From an uncultured Gemmatimonadaceae bacterium (lineage in GTDB: Bacteria; Gemmatimonadota; Gemmatimonadetes; Gemmatimonadales; Gemmatimonadaceae), in NCBI GenBank assembly GCA_963790305.1, contig CAWBOC010000009.1, positions 224,001-288,000 on the forward strand: 64,000 nt of DNA, written 5' to 3'. Positions 39,969-49,884 of the stretch are shown here, in pieces. The notes beneath the pieces were generated by a model. That model saw nothing but the letters and a program-made list of their open reading frames with translations. It made no database searches and was not told the origin of the DNA. Each line of letters starts with the position of its first letter. The first letter of the stretch is position 1. The position numbers and the translations under genes are program-made.

Positions 39969-41392
39969 TCGCCGGCATCGGGGTCATCCGGAGCCGCGAC
40001 CACCGCGGGCGTCAGGCCATCCGGCGCACGCCAATGTTGCTGCGCCGGCGACACCCACTTCTTCACCAGGTCAGCCGTGCCCACGACCGCCAGCTGCTCG
40101 AAGAGGAACGCGAACTTCTCGTCGTACACACGCCCGAGCGTCCCGCGAACGGAGTCCGGCAAGTCCCACAGCTCGCGCTTGAACGGCCCCAGCGCCTTCT
40201 TGCGGGTCTTGTAGTAGAACTGGTCGGCGGAATCCTTCGGCTTGCGCTCGTCCGCGGCATTTTCGTCGAGCCACTTGTAGATCTTCTCCCGCATGTTGGC
40301 CGGGATATGATCGTACATGAGGTTCTGGAAGTTGGTAGCGAGGTGAATCTCGCAGGCACCGACCCGTGGAAACGCATTGAAGGCATCGTCAGGCAGCGTG
40401 GATGCGCCATGCTGGACGGCGCCGGCGAGCCCGTATTCCTTCTCCGAGACTCGCGAAAGCTCCTCGAGCGCCTCGAGATCGAGCTTCACGTCGGCCATCT
40501 TGCCGTCAGGTAGCACGACGCCCCCATGCGACGTCCCCGTCTGCACGCTGATTTTGGAGAGGCCGACCGCTTTCTTTCCAAGGCGTTCCCGCAGGGTGCG
40601 GTTGTAGCCCTCCATGAACGCGCGCAGCTCATGCACGTTCGAGTTGTGGCCGCCGACCTCGCCGATCTCGCCGCCGACCGAGATCGTCACGTCGTCGGGC
40701 TCGATCTCGCGGATGTACGACGTGATCTCCACCGCCTGCTCGTAGTTGAGACGTTGCTGCTCGTCGAGGGACGGCTTCGAGATGTCGACCAGCGTCGACG
40801 TGTCGACGTCAATGTTGTAGAAGCCGGCCGTCACCGCCTCGAGAGCCAGCTGCTTCACCGCAGCGACCTCGCCGTCCGGGTCCACCACGAACTTCTTCGC
40901 GTTGACCTGGAAGTGGTCACCCTGAATGAACACGGGACCGCGGAACCCTTCGCGCAACGCCGCCCCCAGAATGACGGCAACGTACTCCGAGGGTCGCTGA
41001 TCGGTGTAGGCGATCTCCGAGCGGGCGATCTCGAGAATGAACGCGCCGGCGTTGAGGCGAATCGCCGTGCGGAATATCGAGCGCGCGGTATCGTACGTCA
41101 TGCCGCGCACGTTCATCGCCGGAACGGTCCAGCCGCCGGGCGCGTCCCCGCGCCCGCGGGCGAGGTAGAGGTCGTTGATCGACGCGGCCTGCACGCCGAC
41201 TTCCTGTCCGATCTCCCAGATGAGCCACCGCGCGTGGTCGCGCGCCTGCCCGTGACCGAAGACCGCCTCTCGCACCAGCGCATCCATCGCCGGCGACGCG
41301 AGATCCGCTTCGCGCGTTACGACGACGTGACCATTATCGACGCGAACAGCTCCCCCCACCGTCTGGGAGGTCCGGGTCGCTTGACTATGCAT
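39965..41392 (-). CDS. fba: Class II fructose-bisphosphate aldolase family protein
   Basis: VPAMN, QGDH, GEIGEVGG, GTSHGG, VQHGASTLP; located in the glycolytic operon. Confidence 0.85.
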   Translation of the reverse strand: MHSQATRTSQTVGGAVRVDNGHVVVTREADLASPAMDALVREAVFGHGQARDHARWLIWEIGQEVGVQAASINDLYLARGRGDAPGGWTVPAMNVRGMTYDTARSIFRTAIRLNAGAFILEIARSEIAYTDQRPSEYVAVILGAALREGFRGPVFIQGDHFQVNAKKFVVDPDGEVAAVKQLALEAVTAGFYNIDVDTSTLVDISKPSLDEQQRLNYEQAVEITSYIREIEPDDVTISVGGEIGEVGGHNSNVHELRAFMEGYNRTLRERLGKKAVGLSKISVQTGTSHGGVVLPDGKMADVKLDLEALEELSRVSEKEYGLAGAVQHGASTLPDDAFNAFPRVGACEIHLATNFQNLMYDHIPANMREKIYKWLDENAADERKPKDSADQFYYKTRKKALGPFKRELWDLPDSVRGTLGRVYDEKFAFLFEQLAVVGTADLVKKWVSPAQQHWRAPDGLTPAVVAAPDDPDAGE

Positions 41393-41461
41393 CCATCCTC
41401 CGAAGAAGTGCCGTGCCTGACGTACTTTGGGTGGGTCGGGTGCGTTCGGCAAGGGCGATGC

Positions 41462-42847
41462 TCACACTACCGATCTTGGATCCGGCTTGGGCAGCGCGTC
41501 CCATTCCTTTCGCGCCTCGCGTGCGTCCGGGCGCCCGAGCATCCCGTAGGTGTAGCGCTTCCCGAGCTCGACTCCGGGCTGATCGAGCGGATTCACCTCA
41601 TACAGCGCCCCGGCGATGACGGTGGCGATCGCGAGCATCATGAGCATCGACCCCACGTGCCAGGCGTCGAGCGTCTCACAGGTGATCGTCATGTTGGGAC
41701 GCCCCCGCCGCGCCAGGGCCCCAGCGGTCGCCTGACGCTCGACATCGAGCAGCTCGCCCAGCGAGTGGCCGCCGAGATACGCGAGCTCGGGGATGTCGGG
41801 GTGCAGCTTCGGAATCGCAATGTCGGTCGCGCGCGAGCCGACGGCAATGAAAGTCACGGTCTTGTCGAGCGGACCTTCCATGAACAGCTGAACCTGGGAA
41901 TGCTGATCGGTCGCGCCGAGCGCAGGAATCGGCGTCGGTCCAACACTGGTTCCGTCAGCTTTGGTCTTCCCCAGACTCTCCGCCCACAGCTGCACGAACC
42001 AGTCGCCCACGTCGCGCAGGTTGTCGCTGTATGGCATGATGACGTGCGTGCGCAAGCCGTGTTGTGTGTCGGCGAGCCACTGGAGCATGGCGTACGTCGC
42101 CGCCGGGTTCTTCCGCAGCTCGCGCGCGCCGCATCGCTCGGCCATGTCCCCGGCGCCGGCCATCAACGCCTGGATGTCGATGCCGATCAGTGCCGCCGGG
42201 AGCAGTCCCACCGCCGACAGTACACTGAATCGACCACCGACATTGGGGGGGATGTCGAGCGCGGGAATCGATTCTTCGCGCGCAATGCGACGGAGCGATC
42301 CCTTCTCGGGATCGGTGACGAACACGAGGTGGCGTTGGAACTTGTCACCCAGTGCTTCGATGAGCCGTCCGCGCACGACGAGATACTGCGCCATCGTCTC
42401 GGCGGTGCCACCCGACTTCGACACGACGAGAAACAGCGTTCGGCCGACCTCAATGCGGCCGAGCAACTCCGCCATGGTTACCGGGTCGACGTTCTCCAAC
42501 ACGTGGAGTCGCGGGAAGTAATCGCGCGCCTCGTCGCCAAGCTCGTTCCACCGGATGGATCGGAGCGCCGAGCGAAGCGCGATGGGCCCGAGCGCCGAGC
42601 CGCCGATCCCGAGCACGACAATGTCGCTGAACGCCTGCCCCGCGCCCTCCGCAAACTGGCGGATCTGGTCGGTGCTTTGGTGGGCAGCGGGGAGATCGAG
42701 AAACCCCAGCTCGCCGCGCCCCCGCCGCTCGTCGAATACCGCCATCGCGCGCGCGAACGCATCGCCCGCGCTCTCAATGGCGGCGAGGGGAATCCCGCCG
42801 GGCACGTTCTCGGCGAGCATGTTCGTATAGTCGAGCCGCAGCGCCAT
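41462..42847 (-). CDS. pgi: Glucose-6-phosphate isomerase
   Basis: GIGGSALG, SKSGGTAET, VGGRFSVLS, QLWAESLGK, DQHSQ, DQPGVELGK. Confidence 0.97.
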   Translation of the reverse strand: MALRLDYTNMLAENVPGGIPLAAIESAGDAFARAMAVFDERRGRGELGFLDLPAAHQSTDQIRQFAEGAGQAFSDIVVLGIGGSALGPIALRSALRSIRWNELGDEARDYFPRLHVLENVDPVTMAELLGRIEVGRTLFLVVSKSGGTAETMAQYLVVRGRLIEALGDKFQRHLVFVTDPEKGSLRRIAREESIPALDIPPNVGGRFSVLSAVGLLPAALIGIDIQALMAGAGDMAERCGARELRKNPAATYAMLQWLADTQHGLRTHVIMPYSDNLRDVGDWFVQLWAESLGKTKADGTSVGPTPIPALGATDQHSQVQLFMEGPLDKTVTFIAVGSRATDIAIPKLHPDIPELAYLGGHSLGELLDVERQATAGALARRGRPNMTITCETLDAWHVGSMLMMLAIATVIAGALYEVNPLDQPGVELGKRYTYGMLGRPDAREARKEWDALPKPDPRSVV

Positions 42848-42848
42848 G

Positions 42849-43628
42849 TCAGTCGATCCGAATGGTGAGACCGTCGAACGCCGGCGCGATCCCGGCCGGC
42901 AGCTCCGCCTCGAGGTCGGCGTGCCGGTTGTCGTGCGTGAGATGCGTGAGGTACGTGCGCTCCGCGCCAAGCTCGCGCGCGACGCGCACCGCCTCGGGGA
43001 TGCTCAAGTGCGTCGGATGCTCGGTGCGAAAGAGTGCGTTGATGACGAGCACCCGCGCGCCACGCATCTGCTTCATCGCAGGCTCCGGGACGCTCTTCGC
43101 GTCGGTGATATACGCAAGCGGGCCAATGCGATACCCGTAGACCGAGAACGGGCCGTGCGGCACCGCGACAGCCATCACGTGCACACCGCCCAGCTCCACC
43201 GACTCGCCATCCCCCAACGCTCTCGCGTGGCCCTCGGGCTTCGAGGTTCCCGGTAGCGGGCGAATGGTATCGTCGAAGATGTAGGGGAACCTCCGCGCGA
43301 GGCGATCGAGCGTGTCGCGGGCACCGTAGATCGGCAGCGCGGCGCCGCGGCGAACGGAGATGGCGCGAAGATCATCAATGCCATGGGTATGATCCGCGTG
43401 ATCGTGCGTGTAGAACACGGCATCGACGCGATCAATGTCGGCGGCGATGAGCTGTACACGCAGCTCCGGTGGCGTATCGATGAGGATCTTCGTCCCGTCG
43501 TCCGTCTCGACCAGGGCGCCAACGCGGGTGCGTCGATCGCGAGGATCTGGAGAGCGGCATACCTCGCAGTGACATCCGAGCTGGGGCACGCCGAAGCTCG
43601 TGCCCGTGCCGAGGAAGGTCAGCTTCAC
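42849..43628 (-). CDS. MBL-fold metallo-hydrolase (PhnP-like)
   Basis: LGTGTSFGVP..GC.C.VC, THDHADHTHG, AYITD, THLTH. Confidence 0.9.
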   Translation of the reverse strand: MKLTFLGTGTSFGVPQLGCHCEVCRSPDPRDRRTRVGALVETDDGTKILIDTPPELRVQLIAADIDRVDAVFYTHDHADHTHGIDDLRAISVRRGAALPIYGARDTLDRLARRFPYIFDDTIRPLPGTSKPEGHARALGDGESVELGGVHVMAVAVPHGPFSVYGYRIGPLAYITDAKSVPEPAMKQMRGARVLVINALFRTEHPTHLSIPEAVRVARELGAERTYLTHLTHDNRHADLEAELPAGIAPAFDGLTIRID

Positions 43629-45097
43629 ACCACTTCGACCTTCATCATGTTCGTGCTGCCAGGCTGATCGAAGGGCACCCCCGCCGTGACGACGACTCGC
43701 TCGTTCGGCTTGGCCAGCCCGCGCGCACGCGCCGCGGTGAGCGCATGTCCCACCATCGCGGTGTAGTTCCCCGCGCTCGGCACGAGCTCGGGCTGCACGC
43801 CCCACACCAGGGCCAGCTGACGGTACGTGCGCTCGACGTCGGTCGCGGCCAGGATGGGAACCTCCGGACGGTGTGATGCAACCACACGCGCGCTGAATCC
43901 ACTTTTGGTGAAGACGATGATGAGCGGCACCGCGAGCATGCGAACCGCCGCGACGGTCGCGGCGGCAATGGCGTCCTCGGTCTCCACGGGCCCGTCGGAC
44001 CGGCGCAGCCGTGCGTGATCGGTCACGCGCTGTTTCGGCGCGGGATGACTCTCGATCTCGGTGATGATGCGGCTCATCGCGCGCACGGCGAGCTCGGGAT
44101 ACTGCCCGGTCGCTGTCTCCGCCGACAGCATCACGGCGTCCGTGCCGTCGAGGATCGCATTCGCGACGTCGCTCGCCTCGGCGCGCGTGGGCCGCGGATT
44201 CTCGATCATCGACTCGAGCATCTGCGTGGCGGTGATCACCGGTCGGCCGGCGGCGTTGGCCAGCGCGATGATGCGCTTCTGCGCAATGGGCACCTCCTCG
44301 AACGGCAGCTCCACGCCGAGATCGCCGCGCGCAACCATTACGGCGTCGGCGACACGCAGGATGCTGTCAATGTTCGCGAGCGCGGTGTCCTTCTCGATCT
44401 TCGCGACGACGAGCATGTGCGGCGGAACGAGCCGACGGAGCCCCTCAATGTCCTTCGCCCGTCGCACGAACGAGAGCGCGAGGTAATCGACTTCCTGGCC
44501 CACCGCGAACTCGATGTCGGCGCGATCCTTCTCCGTGATCGATGGCGCGGAGACGAGCACGCCGGGAAGGTTGATTCCCTTGTGGCTCGACATGGGCCCG
44601 CCGTGGACGACGCGAGCCACAACGCGCGGCGGATGCACCTCGAGCACGACGAGGTCGAGCAGGCCGTCGTTGATGAGGATGCGATCTCCGACCTTTACAT
44701 CGCTCGCCAGCTCGCCGTACGTGACGGGAATGTCCTCCCCTTCCGCAACCGCGTCGGGGGCCAGCACGATGTCGTGCCCCTCGACCAGCATGACGGGCGC
44801 GGGAAGGTCTCCGATGCGTATGCGAGGTCCCTGGAGATCTCCCAGGATGGCGATGGGGCGGCCGATCTCCTTCGCGATCGCACGCACCGCGCTGATGACT
44901 TCCTCATGCTGCTCGTGCGTGCCATGCGAGAAGTTGATACGGGCGACGTTCATCCCGGCCGTGATGAGGGCGCGCAATACCGTGGGCGAGGACGACGCAG
45001 GCCCGATCGTGCAGACGATCTTTGTGCGGGCGGTATGACGAGAGGTTGTCGAGGTGGTCGAGGTCGTCGAGGGTGTCGAGGTCGCTACCGTGCTCAT
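43625..45097 (-). CDS. pyk: Pyruvate kinase
   Basis: RTKIVCTIGPAS, RINFSHG, DLQGPRIR, AKIE, MVARGDLGVE, ATQMLESM, PTRAEASDVANA. Confidence 0.97.
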   Translation of the reverse strand: MSTVATSTPSTTSTTSTTSRHTARTKIVCTIGPASSSPTVLRALITAGMNVARINFSHGTHEQHEEVISAVRAIAKEIGRPIAILGDLQGPRIRIGDLPAPVMLVEGHDIVLAPDAVAEGEDIPVTYGELASDVKVGDRILINDGLLDLVVLEVHPPRVVARVVHGGPMSSHKGINLPGVLVSAPSITEKDRADIEFAVGQEVDYLALSFVRRAKDIEGLRRLVPPHMLVVAKIEKDTALANIDSILRVADAVMVARGDLGVELPFEEVPIAQKRIIALANAAGRPVITATQMLESMIENPRPTRAEASDVANAILDGTDAVMLSAETATGQYPELAVRAMSRIITEIESHPAPKQRVTDHARLRRSDGPVETEDAIAAATVAAVRMLAVPLIIVFTKSGFSARVVASHRPEVPILAATDVERTYRQLALVWGVQPELVPSAGNYTAMVGHALTAARARGLAKPNERVVVTAGVPFDQPGSTNMMKVEVV

Positions 45098-45155
45098 GCG
45101 ATCCTCCCCTCGATCACCTCGACAGCCTCGACGACGTCGACACCCTCGAGCCTCA
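45042..45155. repeat. Palindrome of 9-bp TCGAGGTNN tandem units spanning the tal stop and pyk start
   Basis: GAGGTTGTC GAGGTGGTC GAGGTCGTC GAGGGTGTC GAGG versus CCTCGATCA CCTCGACAG CCTCGACGA CGTCGACAC CCTCGA. Confidence 0.88.
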
Positions 45156-46274
45156 CCTCCCCACCACCTTCTGCTCGAGTCGCTCCAGCAATCCCTCGAA
45201 GGACTTCTGGAAGGAGGCCAGACCATCGACCAGGAGCTTGTCGGTCACGGAGGCGAGTGAGATGCCCAATGACTCCAGGTCCGCGATTGCGCGCCGCTCG
45301 CGGTCGATGTCCGCGTCGACCGTGCGCAGGACGATGCCGTGGTCGCGGAATGCATCGATCGTTTGCGGTGGCATCGTATCGACGGTGTCGGGGCCGATGA
45401 GCGCTTCCACGTACATCACGTCCCGGTACGCTGGATTCTTGGTGCTGGTGCTCGCCCAGAGCGGGCGCTGCACCCGCGCACCCTTGGCGACCAGCGCGTC
45501 CCACCGCGCGCCCGAGAAGCGCTCCTGAAAGAGCGCGTAGGCGAGCTTCGCGTTGGCGATCGCAATGCGCCCGCGCAGCGCACGCAGGCGCTCAGCGTCG
45601 GCCGAGGACATGTTCGCCACCCGCGCATCGATACGCTTGTCGACTTCGGTATCGACGCGGCTCACGAAGAAGCTCGCGACCGATGCGATTCGATCGACCG
45701 GCTTGCCGGTGCGGACGCGGTCCTCGAGACCGCCCAGGTAGGCCTCGATGATGTCGGCGTACGCGTCGAGCGCGAAGAGCAGCGTGATGTTGACGTTGAT
45801 GCCCTCGGCAATGAGGCGGCGTGCGGCGATCGCGCCGTCGCGCGTGCCTGGCACCTTGATCATCACATTCGGGCGGTCGACCAGAGTCCACAGCCGACGC
45901 GCCTCGGTGAGCGTCTCCTCGACGTCATGCGCCGCGCCCGGCGACACCTCGATCGACACGAAGCCATCCGCATGACCACTGGTTTCGTATACCTGCCGGA
46001 ATACGTCGCAGGCATCGCGCACATCGTCGGTGGCGATCATCTCGAACAGCTCCCACGATGTGTGGGTGGCAGGCGCAGCCGCGAGCTGATCGTCGTACGC
46101 GTCGGAGTCGGTGAGCGCCTTCTCGAAGATCGTCGGATTTGACGTCATACCGGTCAACGCATCACGCTCGATGCGCTGGGAGAGCTCGCCGCCGCGGAGG
46201 AGGGACCGGTCGATGTAGTCGAGCCAGATCGATTGTCCGGCATCGTGAAGCGCGTGCAGCGGTGTCTTCGGCAT
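45153..46274 (-). CDS. tal: Transaldolase
   Basis: GQSIWLD, GMTSNPTIF, VSIEVSP, NVMIKVPGT, NVNITLLF, SFFVSRVD, LWASTSTK. Confidence 0.96.
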   Translation of the reverse strand: MPKTPLHALHDAGQSIWLDYIDRSLLRGGELSQRIERDALTGMTSNPTIFEKALTDSDAYDDQLAAAPATHTSWELFEMIATDDVRDACDVFRQVYETSGHADGFVSIEVSPGAAHDVEETLTEARRLWTLVDRPNVMIKVPGTRDGAIAARRLIAEGINVNITLLFALDAYADIIEAYLGGLEDRVRTGKPVDRIASVASFFVSRVDTEVDKRIDARVANMSSADAERLRALRGRIAIANAKLAYALFQERFSGARWDALVAKGARVQRPLWASTSTKNPAYRDVMYVEALIGPDTVDTMPPQTIDAFRDHGIVLRTVDADIDRERRAIADLESLGISLASVTDKLLVDGLASFQKSFEGLLERLEQKVVGR

Positions 46275-46432
46275 GGATTGGTCAGCGGCGGTGACGTGTC
46301 GCGCCGGCATTGTCAGCGGCGTTCCTGTCGAAAGATATCATCTGCTGGGCCGGTCCGCTCGCTTCCCGCCATCCGGCGTGCCATGCATCTTCGGCGCGTG
46401 ACATTTCACGCGTTTTCTCCCCAGCCCACCCC

Positions 46433-47449
46433 GTGAGCGACGCAGAGCGGTCGATTGCCGTCCGCGCTCGCGATCTCGCGAAGCAGCTCGACGGCACGCT
46501 CGTTCCGGCTGTCCCGGTGCCTCGATGGTCGAGTGGCGCGCTGCACGGGGACGCACAAACCGCATACGCCACGTGGATGGCGCGGCAACCGGTGAGCGGA
46601 GTGGCGGTGTGGGCACATACCGGGCGCGGCCTCCACCTCGACGCTTCGACTCGGGACCAGGTACTCCTGGCCTGGCGGACGGCAATGCCAGCGCCGGCGC
46701 TCATCATCGCCGGATGCGGGGTGCCCGCCGACGGCGGCCCGCTCCCTAGCGATCCCCCGACGCGCACCGATCACGTCATCCGCCGCACCGTCGCCGTGGC
46801 GGAAGCGGCACGGGCGGGCGGTGCGGACGCGTTGCTCGTCCACCCCCCTGGGCACCTCGCAGGCCTTCCGGATGCTTCCGGCCGCGTCCTCGCCCTGCAC
46901 AACGCCCTGGCTGAGGTCGGACTCCCTCTCGTCGCCTTTCTGCTCTATCAGCGGGCCAGCGGGTTGGAGTACGACGACTCCCTTCTGGACGGGCTGCTCG
47001 CGCTCCCGCACGTGGCCGGCGTGAAACTCGCCACGCTCGATTCCGTCATGCGATTCCAGACGGTCGCAGCTCGCCTGGCCGCAAATCACCCGGACCGGCT
47101 TCTCATTACAGGTGAGGATCGCTTTCTGGGGTACTCGTTGATGATCGGAGCCCGATGCGCGTTGATCGGCATGGGCGCGGCGAGAACGAGCATGCAGCAC
47201 GCGCTCGTACGGGCAGCTGTCACCAACGACGCTCCGGCGCTCGTACGCCTGACGAGCGCGTGCGACGCGTTCGCCGCCGCGACGTTCCTCGAGCCGATGG
47301 AGGGCTATATTCGGCGCATGCTGTGGGCGTTGGCGGAAGACGGGATAATTCCTGACGACGCGTGTCACGACCCGGCGGGCCCGGCGCTCGACCCGAATGA
47401 GCGGACGCGCCTCGTGGAGGCGATGCGCGCGCTGGAGGAAGTCGCGTGA
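46433..47449 (+). CDS. DapA/class I aldolase-lyase family protein (divergent)
   Basis: VPAVPVP, AHTGRG in place of GTTGE, GADALLVHPP, conserved Tyr, VAGVKLAT lysine, TGED. Confidence 0.8.
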   Translation: MSDAERSIAVRARDLAKQLDGTLVPAVPVPRWSSGALHGDAQTAYATWMARQPVSGVAVWAHTGRGLHLDASTRDQVLLAWRTAMPAPALIIAGCGVPADGGPLPSDPPTRTDHVIRRTVAVAEAARAGGADALLVHPPGHLAGLPDASGRVLALHNALAEVGLPLVAFLLYQRASGLEYDDSLLDGLLALPHVAGVKLATLDSVMRFQTVAARLAANHPDRLLITGEDRFLGYSLMIGARCALIGMGAARTSMQHALVRAAVTNDAPALVRLTSACDAFAAATFLEPMEGYIRRMLWALAEDGIIPDDACHDPAGPALDPNERTRLVEAMRALEEVA

Positions 47450-48669
47450 GACGCGAGCTGCCGGCGCAGGCGCCCCTTCCCGAGCGCATCCGAAACCAGA
47501 TCGCGGACGAGTTCGAAGCGCGCGCCGATAACCCGCTCACGGAGAACCTTCGCGAGTGGGCCCTCGAACGGTGGGGCGTCGACATCGCGGGACGGTATGC
47601 GGGGCGAAAGATCCGCGTGCCCTTTGGAAAGGCGTCGGGGCAGCTCTCGATGACTCCGCAGCAGGTCGAGACCGACGCACTCGCCGGCCTCGGCTTCGTC
47701 GTGCTCAAGACGGTCATCGCGCAAGACAACAGTGGCGAGCGCGGAATGTCGGCGTGGGCGATCCACGAGACGCACATGCACGTCGAGCGCATCGAGGACG
47801 AGGACGGTACGTCGGGTTGGACGGTGACGTGGCGCGGTCGCGGCTGGGACAAGCCGTTCTCGAGCTACCTTCGACTGCTGCGCGCCGCGGTCCCCATTGG
47901 CGCCGAGCACGACATGCCAGTGGCAGCGTCGGTGAAATACCATCTGCCGGCGAGCCCCGACGAGCCATTTCGCGAATCCGAATACCGCTACACCACCCAG
48001 GCGCTCGCGGCGGCATGGCGCGACGCGGCCGGCAGGGGTGCGCCGATCATCGAGAAGGACTTCAGTCCCACGCTCGCCGCCGATGAGCGGTCCGAGGAGC
48101 GCGCGAACGTGCTGCGGTGGCTGCGCGAGGTGCCGCATCTCGTCGCCAATGCCGGCGCCGGTCCGATCGACCTCGGCATTAAGGTCATGAACGCGCGCTT
48201 CGACGATGCATTTCAGACCGAGATGCTCGCCGCGCTCGAGGACACGGAGCGAGTACGCTTTCGCGTGGCCTTCAATCGTCTGTTCGACCAGGAGCGTGGT
48301 GTCGCCTACGGCGGCCCGGCGCTCGCACGCCGGAATCTCCAGGCACTCAATGCATTCATCGCGCAGCAGGGCGCTCCGCCCGCTGCGCTCTCCGGCACGG
48401 GCGACATCCACTCGGGACGTCGCATGATCGAGTACGCGCTGCGAGGAGCGGAGAGCGGCCAGATTCACACGTTCTTTCAGCTCCCGCGCGCGCTGTACCG
48501 CTCGGGGTGCGCATCGCGCACCGCGGCGGCACTCCATGACCTCGTGCTCCACCCGGACCACGGCCTCGTTGCATGGTTGATCGCCCTCGGTGAGATGGGA
48601 TGGATCGAGCGGCGCGACGGCGTGCTGCACTTTCTCGACATCAGCTCGCAAGTTCCCAGTCAGCGTTGA
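47446..48669 (+). CDS. Dihydroorotate/dihydropyrimidine dehydrogenase-like FMN TIM-barrel protein
   Basis: PFGKASGQLS, GFVVLKTV, GIKV, SGTGDIHSG...EY..RGAESGQIHT resemble DHOD FMN-binding motifs. Confidence 0.6.
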   Translation: MRRELPAQAPLPERIRNQIADEFEARADNPLTENLREWALERWGVDIAGRYAGRKIRVPFGKASGQLSMTPQQVETDALAGLGFVVLKTVIAQDNSGERGMSAWAIHETHMHVERIEDEDGTSGWTVTWRGRGWDKPFSSYLRLLRAAVPIGAEHDMPVAASVKYHLPASPDEPFRESEYRYTTQALAAAWRDAAGRGAPIIEKDFSPTLAADERSEERANVLRWLREVPHLVANAGAGPIDLGIKVMNARFDDAFQTEMLAALEDTERVRFRVAFNRLFDQERGVAYGGPALARRNLQALNAFIAQQGAPPAALSGTGDIHSGRRMIEYALRGAESGQIHTFFQLPRALYRSGCASRTAAALHDLVLHPDHGLVAWLIALGEMGWIERRDGVLHFLDISSQVPSQR

Positions 48670-49847
48670 CGGCGGCGATCACGATCGAGCGCGCTCGTCT
48701 GTGGGTCATCGCGCTCCCCCTCACGGTGCCCTTCGCCATCAGCGGCGGCGTCATGCACGTTCGCCGATCCCTCATCGTCGAGCTCGGCACCAGCGATGGG
48801 GCGACAGGTTTCGGTGAGAGCGCTCCCTTCGAGCTTCCCTTCTATTCGTCGGAAACGCTCGAGAGCGCGCGCTGGCTCCTCACGAGCGTTCTGCTTCCGC
48901 GCCTGATCGGCCGCACCCTCGACAACCCGCTGGCTGCCGATGGGATCCTCCGTGCGGGAGTTCGGGGAAACCCCTTCGCGCGCGCTGGTGCGGAAACGGC
49001 GGTCTGGGATCTGTTCTGCCATCGACGAGGCGTGCGGATGCTGGATCTCCTGGTCAATGCCCTGCGCACCATGGGCGTCGACGAGCGGCATCTTGCGCCC
49101 CGTCCTCAGGTGACGTGCGGGGTCGCGCTCGGGATTCCTGAAGATGGGGCACCCGTTACGCTGGCTCGCTGGACTCGTGAGGCGCTGGCGCAGGGCTACC
49201 GGCGTGTCAAGATCAAGATCCGGCCGGGTTGGGACGTCGAGCCGATACGGGCCGTTCGCGAGGTGCTCAAGACGGCCGCGCGCCCCGTGCTACTTTGGGC
49301 CGACGCGAACGGATCGTACGACCTCGACGGCGACGCGGATGCGTTGCGTGTCATTGATGCGGAAGGACTCCGCTTCATCGAGCAGCCGCTGCAGCACGAC
49401 GACCTCGTCGATCATGCCGCCCTGGCGAAGCGACTTCGGACTCCGGTCTGTCTCGATGAATCCTTGCGCGACGCGCGGTGGGCGCGTCATGCGCTCGAGC
49501 TCGGTGCCTCACGCATCTGGAACATCAAGGTGCAACGGTTAGGCGGCCTCGCCGAAGCCCTGCGGGTGTACGCTCTCGCTGCGGCGAACGACGTCGAGCT
49601 GTGGGGCGGCACCATGCCAGAAACGGGAATTGGCGCGCGCGCGATCCTCGCGCTGGGCGCGCTGCCGCGCTTCGTGTACCCGAGCAATGTCGAGCCGAGT
49701 GACCGGTGGTACGCATCAGGAACGGATCCCTTTCCGCTCGTCATGACTGCGGACGGGACGATGCCGGTGCCGAGTGAGAAGGGGATATCGACGTTAGGCG
49801 TGGGCGACCGTCTGCGCGAGCACGCAACGGTCGTATGGAGCTCGTGA
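48666..49847 (+). CDS. Enolase superfamily o-succinylbenzoate synthase/N-acylamino acid racemase
   Basis: GYRRVKIKIRPGWD, DANG, EQP, LDES, NIKVQRLGG, WGGTMPETGIG. Confidence 0.85.
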   Translation: MTAAITIERARLWVIALPLTVPFAISGGVMHVRRSLIVELGTSDGATGFGESAPFELPFYSSETLESARWLLTSVLLPRLIGRTLDNPLAADGILRAGVRGNPFARAGAETAVWDLFCHRRGVRMLDLLVNALRTMGVDERHLAPRPQVTCGVALGIPEDGAPVTLARWTREALAQGYRRVKIKIRPGWDVEPIRAVREVLKTAARPVLLWADANGSYDLDGDADALRVIDAEGLRFIEQPLQHDDLVDHAALAKRLRTPVCLDESLRDARWARHALELGASRIWNIKVQRLGGLAEALRVYALAAANDVELWGGTMPETGIGARAILALGALPRFVYPSNVEPSDRWYASGTDPFPLVMTADGTMPVPSEKGISTLGVGDRLREHATVVWSS

Positions 49848-49884
49848 CCGGACGTTCGACCGCAGTGCCCCACCACCGAGATCT

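Noticed and set aside
40526..42868. Long alternative ORFs (40526-42868, 35712-37613, 30231-31778, 28287-29843 and similar)
   Set aside because: Antisense or off-frame shadows of well-supported genes, expected in high-GC DNA; Arg/Ala-rich with no family motifs.
48666..49847. Assigning menC and a menaquinone pathway
   Set aside because: No other men genes nearby, and this subfamily includes N-acylamino acid racemases; gene symbol withheld.
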